The notes below the pieces were generated by a model, which ran no database searches, was not told the origin of the DNA, and saw only the letters and a list, made by a program, of their open reading frames with translations. The position numbers and the translations under genes were made by a program. From an uncultured Acidobacteriota bacterium (GTDB lineage: Bacteria > Acidobacteriota > Thermoanaerobaculia > Multivoradales > UBA5704), in contig CAWHUF010000007.1 of NCBI GenBank assembly GCA_963832495.1, forward strand, positions 21,821-85,820: DNA of 64,000 nt. Direction: 5' to 3'. Below are positions 1 through 8,227 of the stretch, in pieces (position 1 is the first letter of the stretch; each line of letters opens with the position of its first letter).

Positions 1-48
1 TACGACCGGCCGCGGCACACACTACGTGCTCGCCCGGAAAGGGGCCAT

Positions 49-117
49 AAAGGGGACAAAGGGGACATGAGAGACCGGCTCTCCCCAAGGGGACAGAAAG
101 GGGACAAAGGGGACATG
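49..117. repeat. 21-bp direct repeat (AAAGGGGACAAAGGGGACATG x2) with extra GGGGAC units
   Basis: Identical copies at 49-69 and 97-117, upstream of the HTH gene. Confidence 0.7.
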
Positions 118-151
118 GGCCTGCCTTGCCAAAAGATCGAGGAGGCTGAAG

Positions 152-472
152 ATGTCTGACCGCAAGCTGAAGACCTGGGCGGAAGTAAAAGAGCGGCGAC
201 CGCTGTCCGCCGAAGCCCAGGCTTCCAATGCCACTTGGGTCGAGCAGCAGATCGTCGACTTGAATCTTCAGGCACTGAGACAGCAACTCGGCGTCACCCA
301 GGCCGAGCTCGCTGAAGCCAGCGGGATGGGGCAAGGAGAGATCTCCCGCATCGAGCAGCGTGAGGATCACATGGTTTCAACCTTGCGGCGCATTGTGCGT
401 TCCCTTGGCGGGGACCTCGAGATCCACGCGCGATTTCCCGATGGCCGCGACATCCGCCTGATTGGCGTCTGA
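152..472 (+). CDS. XRE-family HTH protein, HigA-like antitoxin type
   Basis: LQALRQQLGVTQAELAEASGMGQGEISRIEQ HTH followed by STLRRIVRSLGGDLEIHARFPD, typical of HigA-like antitoxins; GAGGAGG RBS upstream. Confidence 0.8.
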   Translation: MSDRKLKTWAEVKERRPLSAEAQASNATWVEQQIVDLNLQALRQQLGVTQAELAEASGMGQGEISRIEQREDHMVSTLRRIVRSLGGDLEIHARFPDGRDIRLIGV

Positions 473-664
473 TCGCCCGCGCTGCCTGCTGGGGAAAGTC
501 CGTCCTGTCCCTACAGGATGGAGGTTCCGGTGGAGAGTGTGCCTGCCTGACGGAATCATCCGGTAATCATCCGATGATTGGGTGAAATCATCCGGCCTTG
601 CCCAGCGCTCTGAGCCGCCGGAATCATCCGGCTTCCTGTGGGAAGGACATAGGGGCCGCCCCCC

Positions 665-1901
665 TCACACCTTCTTCTCCGGGAACTTGAACCCCAGATA
701 GGTGCCGGCGCTGATGCCCGTGAGCCCCAGGAGCTGCGCGTCGAAATCGGGCATGGAGAGCGTGGCATACACCTTCACCACAAAGATGGCGGTGAGGACC
801 ACGGTCCAGATGGCGATCTGGAAGCGGTGGAAGCTGATCCCGTTCTCATCGGAAAGCATGTCGAAGAGCCAGTTCCTGGGCTGCTTCTCCGTGATGGCGG
901 GCATCTCCTGGAGCTGGCGGTCGACCTCGGCGAGACGCTTGAAGCTCGGCGGCGCTGAGAGCCGCGGCCGCGGCCCGCGTCTGTAGACCCTGCTTTTCGG
1001 TCACCAGGGCGTTTCTCTGCTTCATCTGGTTCTCCTTGGTGTCGTCCATCACCGCGCCCAGGAGAGCCGTGCCCGAGCTGATCCCGATCAGGGCGAGCAC
1101 CGAGCCGCTGAGGCTCGAATAGCTCCCGGTGACCATCCAGATCAGGAGGAACGCGCCGACCACGAAGAAGGTCCACCAGGCCATCTGCGTGCGGGCGAGG
1201 CTCCAGGGAGACCCGGGACCGCGGTCCCGCAGGAGCCCGCGCGTCACGGCCAGCCACACGAGCAGAACCAGGAGCAGGATGAGGACGGCTATGAACAAGA
1301 GGGCCCACCACTTGCGCAGAGCCACGAGGTGGATCTGGAGCGGGTTCGTCATGCTCGTGCAGACCTCGCCGCAATCCTTGGGACCCAGGCTCACGTCCAC
1401 GGCCATCCTGGCGGTGTTGGGCCTCCCCAGCAGGGCGGCCCAGGTGTCCTTGGAGTCGTCCGTGCGGACCAGCTCGAAACGTACGCCGGACATCTTCTCG
1501 TCCTTGTGGAGGATGACGGGATCCACCCCCTTAAGAGGCATGCCGTTGAGATAGAGCTGCAGAGGCTTGCCGTCCTTAGCGATCTCGCCGAGCCTGCACC
1601 CCCTCAGGGTGAGCCACTGGCCCAGGTCGACGGGCGCGCCAGGCTTGTCCGCCGTGTTCGAGGCGACCTCTCCGAGATTCCGGCCCGAGCCCACCAGGAT
1701 CGACGTCAGGGTGGGGCGAGTTGCCTTCAGGCACGGGTCCACGGCGGCCGCCGGACCGCCCTTCTTGGGATCCGCCGCGGCGCCTGGAGGTGTTTTCGGA
1801 GTTCCCTCCGCGGGAGGCGGCGTCGCCTGGGGCTGAGCAACCGCGCAGAAGGGGAGGGCAAGGAGCAGCAGGACGGTGCAGAACCAGCGATGTTGGGTCA
1901 T
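665..1901 (-). CDS. Secreted/multi-pass membrane hypothetical protein (frameshift near 945)
   Basis: Signal peptide MTQHRWFCTVLLLLALPFCAVA; two similar TM hairpin modules (WSLARTQMAWWT..LIGISSGT and ISFHRFQIAIWT..LTGISAGTYLGFK) split across ORFs 846..2063 and 665..904. Confidence 0.65.
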
Positions 1902-2136
1902 GAACAGGCCTCCGGCTTGAGATGGCATCCGCCGAAGGAGACGGACCGCGCGGCTGATTTCCGGGCTCGGAGCCCGCTCCGCCCCCGAGGAGCCAGCAGG
2001 ATGGACCCACGCCAGCACCCACACCGGCCCCTCCAACCCAGCCCCGCCAGGGGCGGCAGACATTAGCCCGGGGCGTCAGCCCCGGGGACCGGTGGCCCCC
2101 TTCATCAACAGGGTTTGGGGTGGGGAAGATCGGAGC

Positions 2137-2187
2137 TTGACAGGGGAAGGGAGCCATGTAAGAATCTCTTACCAGTGGTAAGGAGGT
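2137..2187 (+). promoter_or_regulatory. Sigma70-type promoter and RBS of the low-GC operon
   Basis: TTGACA at 2137-2142, 17-nt spacer, TG-n-AAGAAT (extended -10-like) at 2157-2165; TAAGGAGGT Shine-Dalgarno at 2179-2187 before ATG 2193. Confidence 0.6.
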
Positions 2188-2192
2188 GGTAG

Positions 2193-2477
2193 ATGGCCCA
2201 AATACGTAAAGAGGTGATGGAGACAGTTGTTAGTGCTCTTCAGGAGTTCTGCCCTGCCTCTGGAGAGGAGATCACGGAAGACACCAACCCTCTCCTCGAG
2301 TTGGGTCTGACCAGCGCAGATGGGGTAGAGTTAGCGTGTGCTCTTAGCGAGCGGCTGCCTCATTATTTTCCTGTGGATCAGAATCCGCTCATCGATGAGT
2401 CAAAGCATTCTCCGCGAACCGTAGGTCAATTAACTGACTACCTCTGCTTCCTGTTGAGCCAAGGGAGTCTCTTTTAA
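2193..2477 (+). CDS. Acyl-carrier-protein-like small acidic protein
   Basis: 94 aa, acidic; ITEDTN..ELGLTSADGVELA resembles the ACP LGxDSLDxVEL phosphopantetheine motif, and TVGQLTDYL resembles the ACP C-terminal helix. Confidence 0.65.
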   Translation: MAQIRKEVMETVVSALQEFCPASGEEITEDTNPLLELGLTSADGVELACALSERLPHYFPVDQNPLIDESKHSPRTVGQLTDYLCFLLSQGSLF

Positions 2478-2816
2478 ATGGCCGATATCGATCCAGCCCG
2501 TACAGCTATCGCTGCGAGATTACGAGCGGCTCGCGAGCAGTCTGGCCTCTCTCAAGGCCAAGTAGCGAAGATGCTAGGCCTTCAGCGGCCCTCAATAACT
2601 GAGATTGAAGCAGGTCGGAGAAGAGTATATGCGGAGGAGCTAGCCGAGTTTGCAAGAATATACAACGTTAGTTTAAACTGGCTGGCCCGTAATGAAGCGG
2701 AAGTTGCTGATCCGGCTTTTGAGCTTGCCGCACGAGAACTCGCAAAGCTGCAAAAGCAGGATCTGAATCGGGTCCTCCAACTCTTGCGGACCCTGCGAAG
2801 GGCAGCAGATGATTAA
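2478..2816 (+). CDS. XRE-family HTH transcriptional regulator
   Basis: RLRAAREQSGLSQGQVAKMLGLQRPSITEIEAGRR..ELAEFARIYNVSLNWL; starts directly after the ACP stop (TAAATG). Confidence 0.9.
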   Translation: MADIDPARTAIAARLRAAREQSGLSQGQVAKMLGLQRPSITEIEAGRRRVYAEELAEFARIYNVSLNWLARNEAEVADPAFELAARELAKLQKQDLNRVLQLLRTLRRAADD

Positions 2817-3687
2817 TGCATCTAGCCGTACCGGGATCACTCGCCAAGGCTTTCGCGGGGCACTGGACTTGCGTAACAAGTCTAATGTAAGTGGGGCTGC
2901 TCCAATCTGCGTATATGATCTTGCCGAGACTCTTGGGGTCGAGGTGCGGTTTGTTCGTGAAACCAGTTTTGAGGGCATGTATTCCAGAGCTTCGCGAACG
3001 ATTCTGGTACCTGCTCTTCGTCCGCCAGGCAGGAAGGCCTTCGCTTGTGCTCATGAGTTAGGCCATTGGTTCTTTGGCCACGCATCCTCCCTTTATGAGC
3101 TCGAAGCCTTTGAAGGTTGCTTAGAGAGGTCCTATGAAGAGATCCTTGCGAATGCATTCGCTAGTTACCTTCTCATGCCTCCCAAGGCTGTTCGAAAAGC
3201 CTTCCAGTCTAGAGGCTGGCCCTTGAGGGGCGGTACGCCTCTTCAGGTTTACACCGTAGCAATGCAACTTGGAGTGGGGTACTCTACTCTTACCAATCAT
3301 CTTTTTCGATCACTCGGCATGATTTCCGCTGAGCAGGCTGCACGACTTCTGAAAGTTCACCCTAAGGACTTGCGCCGAAAGTTACTTGGATGTACGGATG
3401 CTCCGCACCTTGTAATAGTTGATCCTGCCTGGGATTCTGTGCCAGTGGATCTAGAAGTCGGTGATTATGCTGTAGTGCCTAAGGGTTCACATATCGAAGG
3501 CAGGGCAGTTGCTGTTTCACATGAATCATTCTTTGGGCTTGCTGTGATTGCGCTAGAGCCAGGTTCGGCTCACCTAGTTTCAGAAGATAGAGATTGGGTC
3601 ACAATCGTCCGGATAAGCAAGAGGAGCTTCGTTGGAAGGAGTATTTACCGCTACTTGGAGGATCCTGATGTCAACGAGATTGCCTGA
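2809..3687 (+). CDS. ImmA/IrrE-family (Peptidase M78/DUF955) zinc metallopeptidase
   Basis: FACAHELGH (HExxH) and EILANAFASYLLMP motifs; overlaps the HTH stop. Confidence 0.88.
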   Translation: MINASSRTGITRQGFRGALDLRNKSNVSGAAPICVYDLAETLGVEVRFVRETSFEGMYSRASRTILVPALRPPGRKAFACAHELGHWFFGHASSLYELEAFEGCLERSYEEILANAFASYLLMPPKAVRKAFQSRGWPLRGGTPLQVYTVAMQLGVGYSTLTNHLFRSLGMISAEQAARLLKVHPKDLRRKLLGCTDAPHLVIVDPAWDSVPVDLEVGDYAVVPKGSHIEGRAVAVSHESFFGLAVIALEPGSAHLVSEDRDWVTIVRISKRSFVGRSIYRYLEDPDVNEIA

Positions 3688-4534
3688 GCCCATCGATAAT
3701 AGCAATCTTTCCTATGCATGGGCAGAAGCCTTCCTCAGGACGATGAAGTGGAGTCGGCGCGACCTGACTCCTTTGCTCATATCAGTGGACGGCTTCAGCG
3801 ATGGGCAACCCTCCGAAGATCTAATCATCCGGCAGTCGCTAGACTCTGCTCTTAGGCAGACTGATAATTTTAGTTGTTCTGATTCGGCGCGCATCATATT
3901 TCCTTATGGAGAGTGGAAGAGGCAGGGCTGTCCTGGCATTGCTGACTTCTCTTCTTGGTATCTTGATAGTTACCTGCCTAGGCTAAAGGCGCGAGCGAAG
4001 GGCAGCAGGCGGCACACCTATTTTGAGCGGATGATAGCGTATTCAGGTGTTAAAGTTGTTCAAAATAAAGTCAGTGTGGAGTATGTCAATCAGCTGCTCC
4101 ACATAATAAATGATTGGAGGCGAGAGAGGAGTCGACCAAAGAGGCCGCGCCAATCGGCGCTCCAAGTCTCGTGCTTCGATCCTGTTAAAGATCATACTGG
4201 CAGTGCACTGTTGGGCTTTCCTTGCCTGCAGCAGGTAAGTTTCGGACATGACGGTGGGGACGGTCTTGCTGTCAATGCTTATTACCCCACTCAGTACATA
4301 TTTAGCCGTGCCTATGGAAATTATCTAGGTCTAATTCATTTAGGGAGCTTTATGGCTGCCGAATTGGGTCTAGAACTGAAGCGGCTTAACTGCTACGTGG
4401 CGCGCCCTGAATTAGGTGGCCTCCCCAAGGGCCAGTTAAAAGACCTTGCGTACAAGATCGAGATGGCCCTTAGCGCGCAGCCCTACTATCAGAGGCGTTC
4501 GCAATTGACTTCTGCTGCTGCGGAGGGGCATTGA
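3668..4534 (+). CDS. Divergent thymidylate-synthase-fold protein
   Basis: TYFERM..NQL..II, GFPCLQQVSF (catalytic PC) and AYGNYLGL (the Asn position); the RSxD motif is replaced by YPTQY. ATG 3668 overlaps the peptidase end. Confidence 0.7.
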   Translation: MSTRLPEPIDNSNLSYAWAEAFLRTMKWSRRDLTPLLISVDGFSDGQPSEDLIIRQSLDSALRQTDNFSCSDSARIIFPYGEWKRQGCPGIADFSSWYLDSYLPRLKARAKGSRRHTYFERMIAYSGVKVVQNKVSVEYVNQLLHIINDWRRERSRPKRPRQSALQVSCFDPVKDHTGSALLGFPCLQQVSFGHDGGDGLAVNAYYPTQYIFSRAYGNYLGLIHLGSFMAAELGLELKRLNCYVARPELGGLPKGQLKDLAYKIEMALSAQPYYQRRSQLTSAAAEGH

Positions 4535-4536
4535 GA

Positions 4537-5343
4537 ATGGCCTTCTGGAGCAGTGAGCGTTTGCGTACCGAGGCTACAAGGGTCAATATTTTTGATCCAT
4601 ATGATATCTCAAACATCAAGCATGGCGCATATGAGATGGCGGTTGGTCCGGAGGCATACATCACTTCATCCGAATCAAAGATTTTGCTCCAGGAAAAGGA
4701 AATTCTGCGTATTCCATCGGGCCAGTTTGGTCTATTGACCACTGAGGAAGTTGTGACTGTTCCGGCGATGGCAATTGGTTTCATATCAATAAGGGCAAGT
4801 ATAAAATTTCAGGGCTTGGTGAATGTCTCGGGGTTCCATGTGGATCCAGGATTTAGAGGGCGTCTAAAGTTCGCAGTCTATAATGCGGGCAGCAAGGATA
4901 TAGTTCTTGAACGGGGGCAGAAGATATTCATGATGTGGTTTGGCGATCTCTCGGGGCCTACGGAAGATGTCTACAACAAGCCACCACTCTATGGTATAAG
5001 CTCTGTCGACGTGGGGCTGCTGCAAGGAGAGATAGCATCTCCCGCTGCCCTTAAGAAGCTGGTAGAGGACATGAGGGTAGACTTTGACAAGAGGATAGCT
5101 TCTGTAGAGAAAGATATTACCCTCTGGAAAGGTATTGCGATCGCGGTACTCCTCATGGTGCTTGCGGCTATTGCTCGACCTGCGCTTGAATTTATCTCTG
5201 GTGAATTACGAAAGTGGGGCCACGCGGATGTCGAGTCAAGTCAATCAAGCGGCCGAACCTTAAACGGACGTCCAAAGTCCCAATCGGATTCTAACGCTAC
5301 TACAATACCCCCAAGGAGGCCCCAGGCTCCGTTGGAGCCGTAA
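4537..5343 (+). CDS. dCTP deaminase/dUTPase-fold protein with C-terminal coiled coil and TM helix
   Basis: AYEMAVG, IPSGQFGLLTTEEVVTVP, HVDPGFRGRLKFAVYNAG..LERGQKI; then LKKLVEDMRVDFDKRIASVEKDI and hydrophobic LWKGIAIAVLLMVLAAIA. Confidence 0.8.
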   Translation: MAFWSSERLRTEATRVNIFDPYDISNIKHGAYEMAVGPEAYITSSESKILLQEKEILRIPSGQFGLLTTEEVVTVPAMAIGFISIRASIKFQGLVNVSGFHVDPGFRGRLKFAVYNAGSKDIVLERGQKIFMMWFGDLSGPTEDVYNKPPLYGISSVDVGLLQGEIASPAALKKLVEDMRVDFDKRIASVEKDITLWKGIAIAVLLMVLAAIARPALEFISGELRKWGHADVESSQSSGRTLNGRPKSQSDSNATTIPPRRPQAPLEP

Positions 5344-5356
5344 GATAGGGCTAGAT

Positions 5357-6004
5357 ATGTCGGCGCGAGGTAACCTTATAGTCTTTGAAGGCCCTGACGG
5401 GGTTGGTAAGTCGACAATTGCACGTATGTTGGTTAGCTATCTACGGCGTTCAGGTCACAGATGCGAATACTTCGCATTCCCCGGAATCAGGCCAGGAAGT
5501 TTAGGGCGATTTGTCTACGATCTTCATCAGTCCAACGATGCTCAACGGTCACTACTTATGCATCCTGCGAGTGTGCAGCTTCTTCATGTCGCAGCCCATG
5601 TAGATGAGATTGAGGTAAGAATCAAGCCAGTACTGGAAGCTGGTCAGCATGTCATACTGGATCGATTTTGGTGGTCTACTTGGGTGTATGGACGGGTTCG
5701 AGGTGTTTCCGCGGAAGTCCTTGATCTCATGATTCAAGTCGAACTTTTGTATTGGCACCATATTAAGCCCGCTAAGATATTTGTGCTGGATCGGGCTGAT
5801 ATCCCTGACATGCATAGCCTGCAGGGTAATCATAACTTGCTAAGAGAGGAGTATGAGCGCCTAGCGCTACGAGAAGAGAAGACCACTTCCGTAGATCTGA
5901 TACGAAACTACGGCCCGATTAGTCGTACATTTAAAGATGTTATCGTTCGTCTTCCTTCTCCGCTTGGCCAAGTAGAGGAGGAGGTAGGTTCGGACGGTGA
6001 TTAA
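5357..6004 (+). CDS. Thymidylate-kinase-like P-loop nucleotide kinase
   Basis: LIVFEGPDGVGKST Walker A; IKPVLEAGQHVILDRFWWSTWVY (DR motif of the dTMP kinase family). Confidence 0.85.
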   Translation: MSARGNLIVFEGPDGVGKSTIARMLVSYLRRSGHRCEYFAFPGIRPGSLGRFVYDLHQSNDAQRSLLMHPASVQLLHVAAHVDEIEVRIKPVLEAGQHVILDRFWWSTWVYGRVRGVSAEVLDLMIQVELLYWHHIKPAKIFVLDRADIPDMHSLQGNHNLLREEYERLALREEKTTSVDLIRNYGPISRTFKDVIVRLPSPLGQVEEEVGSDGD

Positions 6005-6005
6005 T

Positions 6006-7022
6006 ATGGCAAGCCTAATAATGTGCAGTCGCTTAAGACCTGTTCAGGTTACGCCAGTATATGATACTTACTGGCGGTTTGCTGCTGAGAGGCAGGAGGT
6101 TCTATTTAGGAGACTGAAGCAACTTCCGCCTCCTTGGACTGATGATGCGATAATTCGTGAGCATCGGTTCACTAACTGCTATCGGGCTTCAGATAGGGTT
6201 AGTCAATATCTCATTAAGGAGGTAATTTATTCGGGGAGTCAAGAGCCTCAAGAAGTTTTCTTCCGGACGATCTTGTTCAAATTCTTCAACCGAATCGAGA
6301 CGTGGAGGTTGTTGAAGGCTGCGTTGGGTGACATATCTTGTCACGACTTTCGACCGAAAGACTATAGCCAAGTCTTGGGCGAAGCTCTTGTGGCGGGGAA
6401 GAAGATCTACTCGGCGGCATACATCATGCCTTCGGGGTCCCGTGAGTTGCGAATGGCTAGAAAGCATGATGTGCACTTGGAGTTGATAAGGCGTATGTTG
6501 TTTGACAGGCTTCCGGATCGACTTGCCGAATGTGATGCAATGCCGCAGGCATTTAGTTTGTTCCGTGCTTACCCTACGCTCGGAGACTTCTTGGCCTATC
6601 AATATTTGATAGACATGAATTATAGCAACTTTCTTCATTTCGATGAGATGGCCTTTGTAGTGCCTGGGCCTGGGGCGCGCGATGGTATGAGTAAATGCTT
6701 CTCGGATACTGGCGGTATGTCCGAGTCTGACTTGGTCAGGTTTGTTGCAGATCGGCAAGAGCTGGAATTTGAACAGAGGGGACTCTCGTTCAAGACCCTT
6801 TGGGGTCGAAGACTACAGTTGGTTGATGTACAAAACATCTTTTGCGAAGTAGACAAGTATGCTCGTATCTTTCATCCGGGGTTCGCTGGCCGAACAGGCC
6901 GGCGGAAAATTAAACAGAGATATCGGTCTATTGCGGCACCACTTCCGCAGCCATTCTTTCCTCCTAAGTGGGGGTTGAACCAGTTGATAGATCGTGGAGA
7001 TGTCTATGTTCCAAGTATTTGA
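6006..7022 (+). CDS. aGPT-Pplase1 / 5-hmdU DNA kinase helical-domain family protein (DNA base hypermodification-associated)
   Basis: YDTYWRFAAERQ, WTDDAIIREHRFTNCYRASDRVSQYLI, GDFLAYQYLID, GPGARDG and QNIFCEVDKYAR match my recollection of this family; the neighbourhood fits. Confidence 0.72.
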   Translation: MASLIMCSRLRPVQVTPVYDTYWRFAAERQEVLFRRLKQLPPPWTDDAIIREHRFTNCYRASDRVSQYLIKEVIYSGSQEPQEVFFRTILFKFFNRIETWRLLKAALGDISCHDFRPKDYSQVLGEALVAGKKIYSAAYIMPSGSRELRMARKHDVHLELIRRMLFDRLPDRLAECDAMPQAFSLFRAYPTLGDFLAYQYLIDMNYSNFLHFDEMAFVVPGPGARDGMSKCFSDTGGMSESDLVRFVADRQELEFEQRGLSFKTLWGRRLQLVDVQNIFCEVDKYARIFHPGFAGRTGRRKIKQRYRSIAAPLPQPFFPPKWGLNQLIDRGDVYVPSI

Positions 7023-8073
7023 GGCAGATTCGGCAGACGATTTATGGCAGATGTTAGGGGCTTCGTTTCGGGAGGGGAAACGAGTTTCCATGCAGGGAGG
7101 CAGAGGAGGAGAGACGGTAGAGATGCTGCATGCCGCTCTCTCTATCAACGATCCTCGACAGCGATGGGTCGTATCGCGGTACCCAGCAATTAATCCCGCT
7201 TTCGCTATCGCAGAGGTTGTTTGGATTGTTCAGGGTCGTAACGATTCTTCGTTTTTGAATTATTTCAATAGAAGCCTGTGCAAGTTTGCTGGGTATGGCT
7301 CTTCCTATCATGGAGCCTACGGCTTCCGTTTGCGGTATGGCCAAGGACTAGACCAGCTTGAAAGAGCGTATAGAGTGTTGCTGGCGAGTCCCTCGAGTCG
7401 GCAGGTCATTCTTCAGATTTGGAGCCCAACTCTTGATCTCCCTAATGAATTTGGAGTTGAAGCCGCTCCTGATGTTCCGTGCAACATAGCTGCTCTTTTA
7501 AAGATTCGGGAAGGAAAGCTTGAGTGGACTCAGGTTATGCGGAGCAACGATCTCTATAGAGGGTTTCCGTACAACGTTGTTCAGTTTACCACTTTGCAAG
7601 AAGTAATGGCTGGCTGGCTAGGTGTAGGCTTGGGATCGTATAACCATCTGAGCGACAGTCTGCATGTATACAAAGATTGTATGGATTATATTTGTGAGCC
7701 CCGCTTTGCTTGCCCAGTCCGGAATGAAGATTCTCTAGCCTTGCCGAAGGAAGAGTCAGAGATCGCATTTCGTGAGCTTGAGAGGGGAATATCCTATGTC
7801 ATAGACGAGAGTTTTTCGGCTGAGGAGCTTGTTGGAATGCTTAGGGGATTTTCTGTCCCTAAGGCCTTTCTTAACATGCTGTGGGTAGTCTGCGCAGAAG
7901 GTATACGTAGGCGAGGAAGAGAAGAGCTTATGGCCGATGCTATCCAAGAGTGCTCCAGCGCCGTTCTCCGCCAGTTATGGGAACGCTGGTTAGGGCGTGT
8001 TGGAGTGAGGGATCCCCGTAGATCTTCCAAAGAGGACGGTATTCGTGACTTGACGCTCGGTGCCGGCTTTTAG
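7006..8073 (+). CDS. Thymidylate synthase / phage-type dUMP hydroxymethylase homolog
   Basis: NPAFAIAEVVW, GAYGFRLR, DQL, SRQ..IW, DVPCN (catalytic Cys), MRSND, GFPYN (Asn, dUMP-type) and SLHVY; C-terminal helical extension. Confidence 0.85.
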   Translation: MFQVFEADSADDLWQMLGASFREGKRVSMQGGRGGETVEMLHAALSINDPRQRWVVSRYPAINPAFAIAEVVWIVQGRNDSSFLNYFNRSLCKFAGYGSSYHGAYGFRLRYGQGLDQLERAYRVLLASPSSRQVILQIWSPTLDLPNEFGVEAAPDVPCNIAALLKIREGKLEWTQVMRSNDLYRGFPYNVVQFTTLQEVMAGWLGVGLGSYNHLSDSLHVYKDCMDYICEPRFACPVRNEDSLALPKEESEIAFRELERGISYVIDESFSAEELVGMLRGFSVPKAFLNMLWVVCAEGIRRRGREELMADAIQECSSAVLRQLWERWLGRVGVRDPRRSSKEDGIRDLTLGAGF

Positions 8074-8227
8074 AGGCCAAGGCCTAATCTTCCTCGGCTT
8101 CCGGCCGAGGTTAAAGATCGAAGATCCCTAGGCAGCTTGGAGCAGTTCGCCATGGAGCAGGCGGCGAGCCTAACACTCAACAAACCAGCGGCCACGCTGT
8201 CTTTGAGGTCGAGGAGGTCTGTGGCCC

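Noticed and set aside
545-635. AATCATCCG x4 short repeats between convergent genes
   Set aside because: Too short and irregular to assign a function.
2193-8073. Prophage DNA-modification module or housekeeping thyA/tmk/dcd operon
   Set aside because: No structural, terminase, polymerase or integrase genes are nearby. The proteins are too divergent (TM fusion, lost motifs) for housekeeping symbols, so none were assigned.
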